This document shows, one piece after another, positions 47,325 through 57,648 of a stretch of DNA of 57,648 nt. This stretch comes from Plasmodiophora brassicae (taxonomy: Eukaryota). Within the stretch, counting starts at the first letter, position 1; each line of letters opens with the position of its first letter. Location: positions 1,798,001 through 1,855,648 of the forward strand of contig CP145411.1 of assembly GCA_036867785.1 (NCBI GenBank), given 5' to 3'. The notes under the pieces were generated by a model. That model did not search any database and was not told where the DNA came from. It saw nothing but the letters and a program-made list of their open reading frames with translations. The position numbers and the translations under genes are program-made.

Positions 47325-48233
47325 TTACCGGCAGGCGCCAGCATTGCTGCTCAGAATCCAGGCGAGTTCGGAACCATCGTTGTTGCCGCGTCGGCCCCTG
47401 CTGGTACTGGTTACAGGATATGATTTTGGCGTTCCAGCCATCATTGCCACCATTTCTTTACACCGTTCTATAGGAAATTGAAAATCACTGGCAGCAAGAT
47501 TATTGTCGGTAGCCAAATGGCAGCCGGTGTCTCACAATTCGTATTCAAAGTACAAGAAGATGTAACTTGAAGAAAATTCACAAGTTGAACGGACCTCCGT
47601 GGCGCCCATAAAAATAGAGACATCGCCGGTACCGGTGACGATGCTGTGTCGGCACTGAATTGCCATAGCTGCCCAGCGATCGCATCCATGTTGTCCGGGG
47701 CAAGCCGTACTTGCGATCGGCGCGTGTTTGCGGCCGAATACAGATGGCGTTCCATAGCTGGGGACCGCCATATGGTGCGCGGACGTGGACCTGGCCTCCT
47801 GCGCACTGTTGTCAATACATTACTGCTCGCCACAACACTCCGCACTGTTTACGCCTTCAAGTGACTGCGGTACCTCGGCAATAAAGTCTATTGCCGAAGA
47901 GATGAACATTGTCAAAAGTGATTTCTCGTCTGGTATGTCCTGGCACCTGTCGTCCTTCATCGTTATGAAAAGGTGAGCAAGGCGCGACTTCGCTTTGTTT
48001 CCAACGTCCTGCCAGAAATCCGGTTGGTGAACAACAAATAAGTGAGCCTCATGGAGGTGCTGAGCCCTCTCAGGATCGTTCTCCAGCTGGGCCTTCAGCA
48101 GGCCCTCGCACACGTTGACAAACTCGGCATTGCCTTGTACGTGTTGATTAGAAGAACAAAACGCTCTTGCCTCAGGAACACGGGTTTCAGCTGAAACAGG
48201 GGCGAGTCGGGCTAAAAATAGCGCCATCTGCAC
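47325..48233 (-). pseudogene. AT-richer ~300-codon frame broken by two stops; product unknown
   Basis: ORFs 47820-48233, 47532-47771 and 47325-47516 share one frame; composition differs from the flanks. Confidence 0.4.
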
Positions 48234-48533
48234 TATGAAGTCAGAGGGCTAAAATAGCGTCATCTGCCGCCGCCATTGTTTTCTGACGCCAACGGCCTAC
48301 GAAGAGACCGTTTTGTGAGGTCGCCGAAATGCCAGCCGCTATGGGACGAATCGGACTTTCCATGAGCGAGACGGCAACAGAACGGCGTCACATGTTCCAT
48401 GCGTCGATGGCGTGCCCAACAAATCAAGGACGTCGCCGAGCTCCCCATCTGCCTAGCAGGCAGCGCCTGCCTGCCGTTCATGTCGGCCAGTTGAGCGGCG
48501 TCGGTCGGCATGCGAATGCCGGCCTGCCGTCAA

Positions 48534-50104
48534 CGACCCGCCGCGATCCCTGCCGGCATATCGCCTCAGCCAGAACCGTTCACTACGAGCAGACCAGGTC
48601 GACACGCGCGTAAACCGATCCTGCAGGACATCGTGGTCTCGGACGGCGACGAACGGCAACGTTCGCGGCGATCAGTGCAGGGCGCGGTGCCCGTCGCCAG
48701 TCGAGGGCACGGATATCGCCCCCGCATGCATGCCGACCAGGACAGCCAGGACCAGACGAGCATCGCAGGAAGGTCGGGGAACGAAGCACCCACGTGTGAC
48801 AGATGCTGTCGCCCGATTCCCAGCAAACGGCACGCGTCCGCTGTCGCCAATGCGGGTTGGAGCGCCCCCGACCAGGACTGGGAAGGTGACAACCGCTCAC
48901 CGATCTGGTTAGGCAGGTTGTTCGTTCATGTTCGTTGCGGTGGTGCACCTAGTTGAAGTACTCCATAAATGCTGGTGCGGTGACGTTCACAGAAGCTCGT
49001 GGTGAAGGTCTTCGCGTGCTAACCGGCAGGTCAAATCCGAGGGTTTCCGAAAATAAGAAAATCATCGATCCAATCTGGTTGGGCAGATTGTGGTTCATGT
49101 TCGTCGCGGTGGTGCAGCAATCAGTTGTATTCCCTATCAGAATGGGGATCAGGCGACGTACCCAAAGGCTCGTGAAGATCGTCCAGTGGTACATAGCTCC
49201 AAGGTCATGCTCCGCAGATAGGCGGCACGAGCGAACGGACCCAAGACGACCACAAGGCATCCGGCTGGGCGCCTTCCGACGACCGCGACCTGCCTGCGAT
49301 ACCGTCATGCACGTTCATCACAGGTGCGAGCCGTTGTCTGATGCACAGGCGCCCAGGCTGACTATCCCGCTGGAAAGGACACGATACCGTGTGGCCTGAC
49401 GTGTTCCGTCCAGCATGAGCACGTGCAGGCCAGCAGCCGCCCTGTCTAGGCGGGATGTGGCCAGCGTCGCGCCGACCAGCTTCTCCGCTCAGGCGGCGCC
49501 CTGGACGTCCTCCGACCACTGCAAGCGGTCGCACGCTCATGTCCTGCACCATGCGTCGATGGCATGCCCAGCCAACCAAGGGCGTCGCCGACCTCCCTGT
49601 CTGCCTGGCAAGCAGCGCCTGTCTGCCCTTCAGGTCGGCCAGTTGAGCGGGGGCGCCCAGCGCCCGTTGTCGTTGGTCGACATGCGAACGCCGGCCTGTA
49701 CCGTCAGCGACCCGCCGCGATCCCTGCCGGCATATCGCCTCAGCCAGAACCGTTCACTACGAGCAGACCAGGTCGACACGCGCGTAAACCGATCCTGCAG
49801 GACATCGTGGTCTCGGACGGCGACGAACGGCAACGTTCGCGGCGATCAGTGCAGGGCGCGGTGCCCGTCGCCAGTCGAGGGCACGGATATCGCCCCCGCA
49901 TGCATGCCGACCAGGACAGCCAGGACCAGACGAGCATCGCAGGAAGGTCGGGGAACGAAGCACCCACGTGTGACAGATGCTGTCGCCCGATTCCCAGCAA
50001 ACGGCACGCGTCCGCTGTCGCCAATGCGGGTTGGAGCGCCCCCGACCAGGACTGGGAAGGTGACAACCGCTCACCGATCTGGTTAGGCAGGTTGTTCGTT
50101 CATG
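48534..50104 (+). repeat. Near-identical ~400-bp direct duplication (48534-48930 = 49708-50104)
   Basis: Identical ORF translations at offset 1174 (48566-48892 vs 49740-50066); diverged homology continues ~150 bp upstream. Confidence 0.92.
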
Positions 50105-51178
50105 GTAAAGGATGATATGACAGGTGTATCCCTTGTCTTGGTTACGCAAAAAACTCCTGAGACCTCCCAAAAAAAGCCGCGTTGTTTTTTGCTGGCGGCC
50201 CCGGTGGCGTGCGGCGGTGCGGCGTGCGGTCGCCTGGGCGGATGCGCTATACACCATGGAGCGTGCGCCGTCCTCCGACGCCTCCTACACGAGGTCGCGA
50301 TGCGCATGCCCGTTGGAGGGCGGTATACGGCACAGACGTGGAGTCCTCTCAACGTGAAGCAGGCGCCGACTCCATGGTGGGCGTCGCCCGCGACTGACTA
50401 CTCGACGACGCTGCCGGTCGCCAACGCCGCCTACTGCATCGTCGTCCACGCCCGCCGGATATGCTGTTGTGTTCAGCCTCGCACGTCGCAGGACGCCGAC
50501 ACCCTGACGCGCCTGTCTGCCGTGCCTGCACCCGCTGCGACGTCGCCGCAGATGGGCAGCACGGCCCAATGGACTCACGACGACCATATCGCGTCCTGCT
50601 GGACGCCTGCCGGCGTGCCCGATCTGTCTGTGTGAACGCCCTGCAGTTGCAGCACTGGTACGTGTCGTCGTCTGATGCACAGGCGTGCAGGCCCTCTAAC
50701 ACGCTGGACAGGACGCACCTGCTGGCTGTCGCCTGCCGTCGTCCGTCCAGCATGAGCACCTGCCGGGTAGCTGTCATCGTGTCTTGGCGGGGCTGGTCCA
50801 GCATCGCGCCGGCATGCTCCTCAACTGAGGCGGCGCGCTAGACGTTCCACAGGGAACCATCTGGGGTCAAATAAGGGTTCAAATGAGGCTTTTCAGCATT
50901 GCCCCAAGATGACCCCTGTTTGACTCCCACTTGCCATCCAGTCACACTGTCGTCGGGGTGCCCGTCACAACCCTACTAAATTTGGAAACCTACTATTTAT
51001 AGTTTCTCTCGGCGTGCACCTCGCTCGGAAACGTTGGGAGACATAAACCTTTTTATTACATAATGGCGTCTGGAGCCTCACTTTTTCCATGGCGATTACC
51101 TCCTAAAATGAAAAGTATACATTGGATAATACCAGCAACATTGAGATCCACAGAGCAAGCTTACCGGTAGGCGCCGTC

Positions 51179-51870
51179 TTACACGCGATCAAGGACTTGC
51201 AGAAGCCCAGCGACAACCATGTCAATGATGTGGCTCTCACGAAACTGCGCGTTCGCCTCATGTGGCATTAGTTGTTGTCTCAACTGTCGGAGAAAGTCAA
51301 ACAGGCAGTCGTCGTGACCATCTACACAATGATTATTAAATTGGCGACAAATATGTGAATCCTTCATCTCCGTACTTTCAGTATGTCGGCACAGCACGTT
51401 CGATTCGCGCGAACATACATTTTCGGCCTTACGCTTGCTCTTGCGCGTCTGCTTAATGACTGACACGAAGATACGTTTAGAATTTCGAGACAAGATTTGG
51501 TTGCAGACTTCGACAAACGTTGCTTTGTATCCTCTACGGTCCACCATTTGACCGGAAGTCCAATGGATGGACCCTCTCTTAACATCCTGATGTGTATCTC
51601 CACGTCTTTATGGCAATCCCTCGACAGGTCGGCCTTGTATGTCCTATACAATAACAGTTAATGTTCGTTTCGCCGGACAGACACGCGTGTAACGAACGAC
51701 GTGTATATCGTCCTGGCAAGGTTGATTGCACGTTTACGCTCTGCTGTGCGCTCTTGCCGCGCGCCTTGTGACCGAAACTTCTTCAGAAGTTCTTCCTCTT
51801 CCGCAGACGGCACGCCCGCTTGTCTCTGCGCCAGACTCAGGGAAACGGTATGCGACCCTGCACTCGCCAT
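51179..51870 (-). CDS. Putative second (accessory) spliced gene inside the CACTA element
   Basis: Three consecutive minus-strand ORFs downstream of the transposase, in the position where TnpA lies; no recognisable motif. Confidence 0.4.
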
Positions 51871-52457
51871 ACGCTTTCGTTATTGAGCAGCAACCGCCAG
51901 TCTCACGTCACACGAGGCAGCCGCACGCGCTCACCGGGCTGGCCGTACACTGTAACTGCATGCGACATCGGGTGCCGGTTGCTGCACTCTGCAGCAAAGC
52001 GCGCGACGGCACTCCGAGTCGCACCTTCTCGTTTCTGCCCTCCGTGGCAGGCAGCGGCGAATGCGATCGTGAAATCGGCAGTGGCCGTATCGATTCGCGA
52101 AGCAATTCAATATCGACGCGACTACTCAATACCCTTGTATTGCTTGCAAATGCTTAGGAGCTAGCTACCGTACAGGTACTTGATTCAGATAGTTTCGTAC
52201 AAGAGTTCAAACAACAATGCAATGTACCTTGACTCAAACTGCCGCACCGATATCTCGAGCAATTGTTGACTGTAATGTTTCAGCAGTCATGTTTCCTCTG
52301 GATTCAATACAAACCATTGTCGCTTGTACGACGGCATTGTTGTGGATGACTGATGCCGGAACCGTAACGATGTTGTTTGGAACGACCTCGTGAAGCGCCT
52401 GCCACATCGTATCTGCGCTTCCAGGGTTATACCACCCATTTCCTACACAATGACAAG

Positions 52458-55400
52458 TCAGTTACAAAACCAAGAGAAGAACTGCTGATAAATACGGTTG
52501 GGATAAAATCTGGGAAGAACTCGATCGTACGGCTTGTCGCAGGCGTGAAGTTTGTACCATCGGCCAACCAGAATTAAGCAAATCGAATCCGCCTCATGTG
52601 CCAACCGATGCGACCAGCCTAGATCGAGCTTGACGAGGTTGCTTATGTCACCCATGTAGAGGCCAGCCTCTTCGAATTCGACAACAAACTTCGAGTTGCA
52701 TGTCTTGTACGACTCGTCAACGTCCTGCTTCCGAAACATACATCTACCTGAAATGATTTCAAACCAATTGTCGTGAACCAAAATGGCAAGCTCAGTACCG
52801 ATGTCAGCACGAGAGCTGGATTGAACAGACTTTGGAAGGCAGACTGATCCGAACGACGATTTGTGCAACGAGCAGAACAGATCGAAGCTTCCAAGATGAC
52901 GAAACATGCCAGAGAATGAATTCAGACCTCTTGGATTCCCAGACGCCTGCGCATAAAGCGCCACCAAACGCCGATACCGGACCCTCCAAGAATGATTCTT
53001 GGTAGAGGCCCAGTGCGTATTTGAATACAGATGAACATGCAACCAACACCGCATCGTATCGTTAAGTTCTACAGACGACAGCGGAGGGCGCAGATCGATG
53101 GGTAGGGTCGACAGATGCGCGGTAGGAATTTCATCCATGCCTGTGGCATTACCAAACATCAAGGGGCAGTCATTCCTCAGCGAATATTGTCTGTAGAAGT
53201 CGCTGCGCAGGAACGTAGCAGCACAGATCAGCTGCATGTAGGACGCGATGTTGACCGTTTCAGAGACGGTCGCTTGTAGAACGTCTTTCATGAAGTGCAG
53301 CCATCGCTCCATTGGCCAGACCCAAATAAGACCGACCAGCGGACCCCATCGCTTGATTATTTCCGGCAAATGAACAAGAGAATGCATCTGACACGAAAAC
53401 ATCAGAACAGTATGAAATCGGTGAAGCCGTGAAGCCGTTTGTGAAACGTACCGATATGGTCATCAGCCCGCAGGGCATGACAGATTCTAGATGCGCCAGA
53501 GCGTCGAGAAAGTTAGAAAACACACGATCTAGGTTGCTTCTAACAAAAGCCTTCGAAAGCATTGATGACAGCGCATCGAGAAAACGAAACATCGCTATCC
53601 AGAACGAAGCAATGGGAGAGTCTGGACGGGTTCGAACCAGCACCCGCGAAACAACAGACCACCAGATCCCAATGCCAACGTCGCCGAGCCAAACAAGGGA
53701 GTCAGCTGCTTTCCACCAGGAACTCACCAAAGGGTTCCTTGGTTTCGTTGAACCACCGGTTCGCGATACCCACGTAAGGTTCTCCAAAACATGATCGATT
53801 TCAACAGCCAGGGAGGACCATTTTACACCAGCCTTCACTTTAGCGGGATAGGCAGTGTTATTGGGCCAAGCCCACACAGGACTGGGACAGTCTCCACGAC
53901 CGAACAGTTTCTCAGTCTGTGCAAACGGTGTTACAGTTGGCCGTGCAGTCGAGCAGGCCCGCTTACCTCAGGATTGTAATATGATGAACCCGATCCGTAG
54001 AAGTCGATCGCTTGAAAAAGCGGGCGAACAGCACGCATGCAGATGGCGTGCATAGGATCGTGCACGTAATTGGACGCGTGTCCAAAACTGCACAGAAGGC
54101 CAACGGAGTAGACGTCATAACCCGGGTGACGGTATCCACCACGGTCACCGACGTTCCTCGACGTCATGCGACGCCGAACTTCGTCGTCGTCTTTGCAGCG
54201 CACATCATCACGTAGCTGATCAAGTGAACGCACGTCGCTCGGCCTTTTATCGGAAGGCAATGCGTCGAGATACTCCAGCATGTCTTCATATTTTTTACAG
54301 AACTATATCAGCAAGCATAAATCTTCAGTGATCAACCCGTACTTAGCAACGCTACCAGTATACTGACATGGCGTTGGACATCCGATGACGCGAACATAAA
54401 TGCCCCATGGTACTTGACAGATCGGTTTGCTGAACGGCCTCTGATGCTGCATTTATTGCAAGCATCCTGCTTGCCGTTCTGGCTAGTACAGCTCGTGTGA
54501 CAGAGCTCGATATAATCCATTGGCTGATGGAGGCGGTTAATACGGGTATTGCAGCATACAAACTGTTATATGTGGACAACATACCATCACTGCCGAGATG
54601 CATCGAACATGCTTGACTCTCTTCTCGACTGCGTCGAACACTGGGAATCCATAGTAGTTCATCAAATTCAGCTCAAAAGCGTCCAGTCTCTGCACTGCAC
54701 GTCGATGACCCTTAGCAACGTTTGGGATCAATGCCACAGGGGACATAAGGCCCTGATTGCAGCGAACCGAAGCCGGTAACCCCATCACAATTTGGACAAG
54801 AGGAACAACTGACTTAGATCCCCAGCTGAGAAGATCTGCCCCGTCGATCATGGATGACAACGAGAGAGGGAACTCGCCGTTCTCGAGGCAAGACTTCATA
54901 AACGGCGAATACACCGTATAAAAGAAGTCTCCATCCGTCCAGTCTTGCATATACGTACTTCTCAAAGGAGCCGATGCGATTTCTCGATGGCGGTCGAGTT
55001 CGTCGTGGAGCATCTTGCAGAACGTGTTCGACCGGAACAGACACTGCAGAAACAAAATTCGCGAAAAGTAGATACACGGCTCTGACTGACGACAGCAGGC
55101 CTCTGACGATGGCACATCTGCGCCATCGGGCCACACATGACCACCGCAGCAGGCCTTGTACCTGATAAAGGGTGACGTCACCCCCATATCCAGAAGGTGT
55201 CTGCGTAACACACTGATAGATTCGGCTGTAGCATTCAGGTCCACATCCAGAGCATCAGTAAAGTCGTCACTTGGTACCCCTTTGGCCTCACAAATATCAC
55301 GAATCTACCAAATGACCATGAGAACTTACATTCGTGAACAAAGCGGTGTGTTATTACCAGTGCATTTCGACGAATACGTGACTCCTTAGCACGGTTGGAA

Positions 55401-55981
55401 GCAATCTTCAGCATATTATTGAGGGAGTTGTACGATCCCTTTGACCGCATCACCTCATCGAAATTGTCGAGAATTGTCGGATCGATGTTCGGTGCCTCGA
55501 GTTCCTCCAGCTTCTTGCTGATTTCGGCCACCAGGAAATCGGAAAGCCTGAGCTCATTCATGTACTCTTTGCAGTTAGTTTCGCGCCACTCGTTGAATTC
55601 CTGAACATTGGAACGGGCATTGTTCTCCAACAGCGCCGGGCGGATATCAAACGGCTCCACAGAAACATTGTCTCCATGCCTCGTTACAGTCATCGTCGGT
55701 CGACGTTGGCGCCGCCGACGGTGCTCATCGAAGAGCCGGAGAAACGGATTGTGCATGACGTCGACTGAAGGATTGCGCCGTTCGCTCAGAGCTCGACGAG
55801 CAATCTCAAGAAAACGGTTGCCGGCGGCGACGTTGTTCCGCTGGCGATCAGAATCGGCAGCTGCGCGACGACGCTGGTATTCGCGCACATGCTCAAAGAA
55901 GATATTCACGTCCCGAGAAGCATCACCGCCCGGATGCTCTGGTGAGTCGCTACTCGATCCCAGACTGCGTGGTCGACTCAT
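52458..55981 (-). CDS. CACTA transposase (Transposase_21/Tnp2 plus DUF4218-like), at least 6 exons; 3' end may extend
   Basis: MQDWTDG; LSLSSMIDGAD..SVVPLV..GLPASVR; PMDYIEL..ACNKC; VHDPMH; MHSLVHLPEIIKRWGP..WVWPMERW. Five GT-AG phase-0 introns join the ORFs without stops. Confidence 0.88.
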
Positions 55982-56896
55982 TCACAGACGCACACCAATG
56001 ACGCCGCGACTCACGCACTTCCGAAAACGATACTTATGTTGTGAAAATCGCAATGTGGCCAGTCTGGAGCAGAATGCCCCGAATTGACCCACAGTGGTAG
56101 CAATTCCTGCAGAGTCACCAAACACACCGTACGTGTGACCGAATGAAGGGATCTCTATAACTGTATGACAGGTTGACCGACCACCATTCTGGAGGCCGCG
56201 TTGCCCAATTGACCCCGATTTGACCCCGATGGGTTCCCTGTGTTCGCCGATCGTTGCAATCGGTCGCGCGCGCCGCTGTCGTGCACCATGCGTTGATGGC
56301 GGACCGAGCAACCAAAGGTCTTCTCGCCGATGTCCCCGTCGGCCTGTCGAGCGGCACCTGCCTGCCCTGCAGGTCTTCCAGCAGGCAGGTGGCGCCCAGT
56401 GTCCGTTGCCGTTGATCGACATGCGCACGCCTATCTGCCGTCGACCACCCGCCGCCGGCGTATCGCCTCACCCAGATCACTACAAGCAGATTAGGTCGAC
56501 ACGCGCGAACGCCGGCCCTGCAGGTCGTCCTGGCGTCAGGCGGCGCCGGACGGCATCCTTTGCTGAAGTGGCCGGCGGTCGACAGCGCCGACGTCGTCCC
56601 TGCATGCGTGTCAAGCATGGCAGGTCAGACCAGACGAGCGATGCAGGCGTTTCGGGTGTCGCAGCATGCACGTGAGGCAGGTGATTGCGCTCGACTCCAA
56701 GCAAACGCGGTTCAGTACGTGTCAGAGCGGTCCTACTTCATTATCCCTGAGTTGTACTGCAGCGTGCGGCCTGGCAAGAAGGCGTGAGGTACAACTTCTC
56801 AACAACGCAAACGAATACAACGTCTTTTACGGATCATATGTTCCACCATTCTTTCTACTGCATGGCCAGGCAGATGAACTCGACGATGGACAAGCT

Positions 56897-57301
56897 TTAT
56901 TGCCTTCGCAGTGCGAAGCACCTGTAGAACAGGAGTCGGTAGACCCGCTTGCTGAGCAAGTCGGCGACGTGCGCGTCGGAATACCCTTGCACGCGACTGG
57001 TGTCGCAGAACGCCCAGCCACCACGTGCCTGCTTCACCCAGGACACGTAATGGCCTTCGTCGTGTCCAGCGACGTGGGCATTACCCCAGTGGTCGACAAG
57101 GCCGACCAACTGGAAATACGCATCTCCAACTTGGAAGACCGCCTGTGGCACCACATCCTGCTCAAAGAAGAAATCAGATATGCCCAGGTTTCCATCCATC
57201 ATCGTTGTCGGGCCGGCACGTACCACCGCTGTCTTGCGCCGCGCCATACTGATGGTCTGACCATCGAGACCTGGCTCCTGGACGATTTCGATGGGATCCT
57301 G
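56897..57301 (-). pseudogene. USP/peptidase C19 C-terminal half, copy B, 5'-truncated by the telomere
   Basis: The frame is open from the telomere junction: QDPIEIV..YFQLVGLVDHWGNAHVAGHDEGHYVSWVKQARGGWAFCDTSRVQ..VYRLLFYR. Confidence 0.8.
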
Positions 57302-57648
57302 GGGTTTTTTAGGGTTAGGGTTTTTTAGGGTTAGGGTTTTTTAGGGTTTTAGGGTTTTAGGGTTTTAGGGTTTTTAGGGTTTTAGGCTTAGGGTTTTAGG
57401 GTTTTTTAGGGTTTAGGGTTTTAGGGTTTTAGGGTTTTAGGGTTTTAGGGTTTTAGGGTTTTAGGGTTTTAGGGTTTTAGGGTTTTAGGGTTTTAGGGTT
57501 TTAGGGTTTTAGGGTTTTAGGGTTTTAGGGTTTTAGGGTTTTAGGGTTTTAGGGTTTTAGGGTTTTAGGGTTTAGGGTTTTAGGGTTTTAGGGTTTTAGG
57601 GTTTTAGGGTTTTAGGGTTTTAGGGTTTTAAGGGTTTTTTAGGGTTTT
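57302..57648 (+). repeat. Telomere (TTTTAGGG)n with proximal variant units
   Basis: About 40 tandem TTTTAGGG-type units run to the window end, with the G-rich strand 5'->3' toward the end. Confidence 0.99.

Larger units (their letters stand above)
50848..56242 (-). mobile_element. CACTA/EnSpm-superfamily DNA transposon, full length (5395 bp)
   Basis: Left TIR CACAGGGAACCATCTGGGGTCAAAT; right TIR (reverse complement) CACAGGGAACCCATCGGGGTCAAAT. 3-bp TSD TTC at 50845-50847 and 56243-56245. Lower GC than the host; internal Tnp2-type transposase. Confidence 0.93.
40440..56700 (+). repeat. Dispersed subtelomeric GC-rich repeat family, probably decayed PPR pseudogene fragments; blocks at ~40440-40760, 41150-42250, 42990-44190, 45985-47275, 48380-48900, 49300-50075, 50190-50847, 56243-56700
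   Basis: Recurring strings gacgacgctgccggtcgccaacgccgc, ctgctggacgcc, ccaggacaggtacgagtc, tgcaccatgcgtcgatg, gaccaggtcgacac. Frameshifted PPR-like peptides include RALAVSTTMHARRVHPPLLLFSEHL and YRVLLDACRRA. Confidence 0.6.

Noticed and set aside
48949-49210. IFLFSETL as a LINE APE 'ET' motif
   Set aside because: One short motif without supporting downstream APE motifs; not called.
1-57648. Assignment to Chlamydomonas based on TTTTAGGG; also tRNA/rRNA genes
   Set aside because: Very short introns and class C GPCRs fit poorly with Chlamydomonas. No tRNA or rRNA signature was recognised by eye.

Overview
Eukaryotic chromosome end: GC-rich, with short (~50-65 nt) GT-AG introns, terminating in a (TTTTAGGG)n telomere at ~57302-57648. 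The telomere motif, intron size, flagellar genes (KIF6, DNAJB13) and class C GPCRs suggest a phytomyxid such as Plasmodiophora brassicae; this is inference, not verified. Bases 1-40350 are gene-dense: TBC1D20-like GAP, VPS33, PCO/ADO, KIF6, VPS53, MATE, DNAJB13, Cu/Zn SOD, a TH1-AGC kinase, three 7TM receptors, an intronless plant-type PPR-E-DYW-like protein and several secreted candidates. Two secreted proteins with unrelated enzyme-like cargos (a degenerate PTC7/PP2C domain and a bacterial-toxin-type endonuclease) share an apparently homologous three-hydrophobic-segment C-terminal tail. Bases ~40440-57300 form a strand-polarised subtelomeric patchwork: decayed PPR-like repeats on +, and LINE fragments and USP deubiquitinase pieces on -. 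It also holds an apparently intact 5.4-kb CACTA transposon (CACAG TIRs, TTC TSD), and the telomere is seeded directly inside a USP coding sequence. All family calls come from motif recognition by eye; no searches were run, and exon boundaries are approximate.
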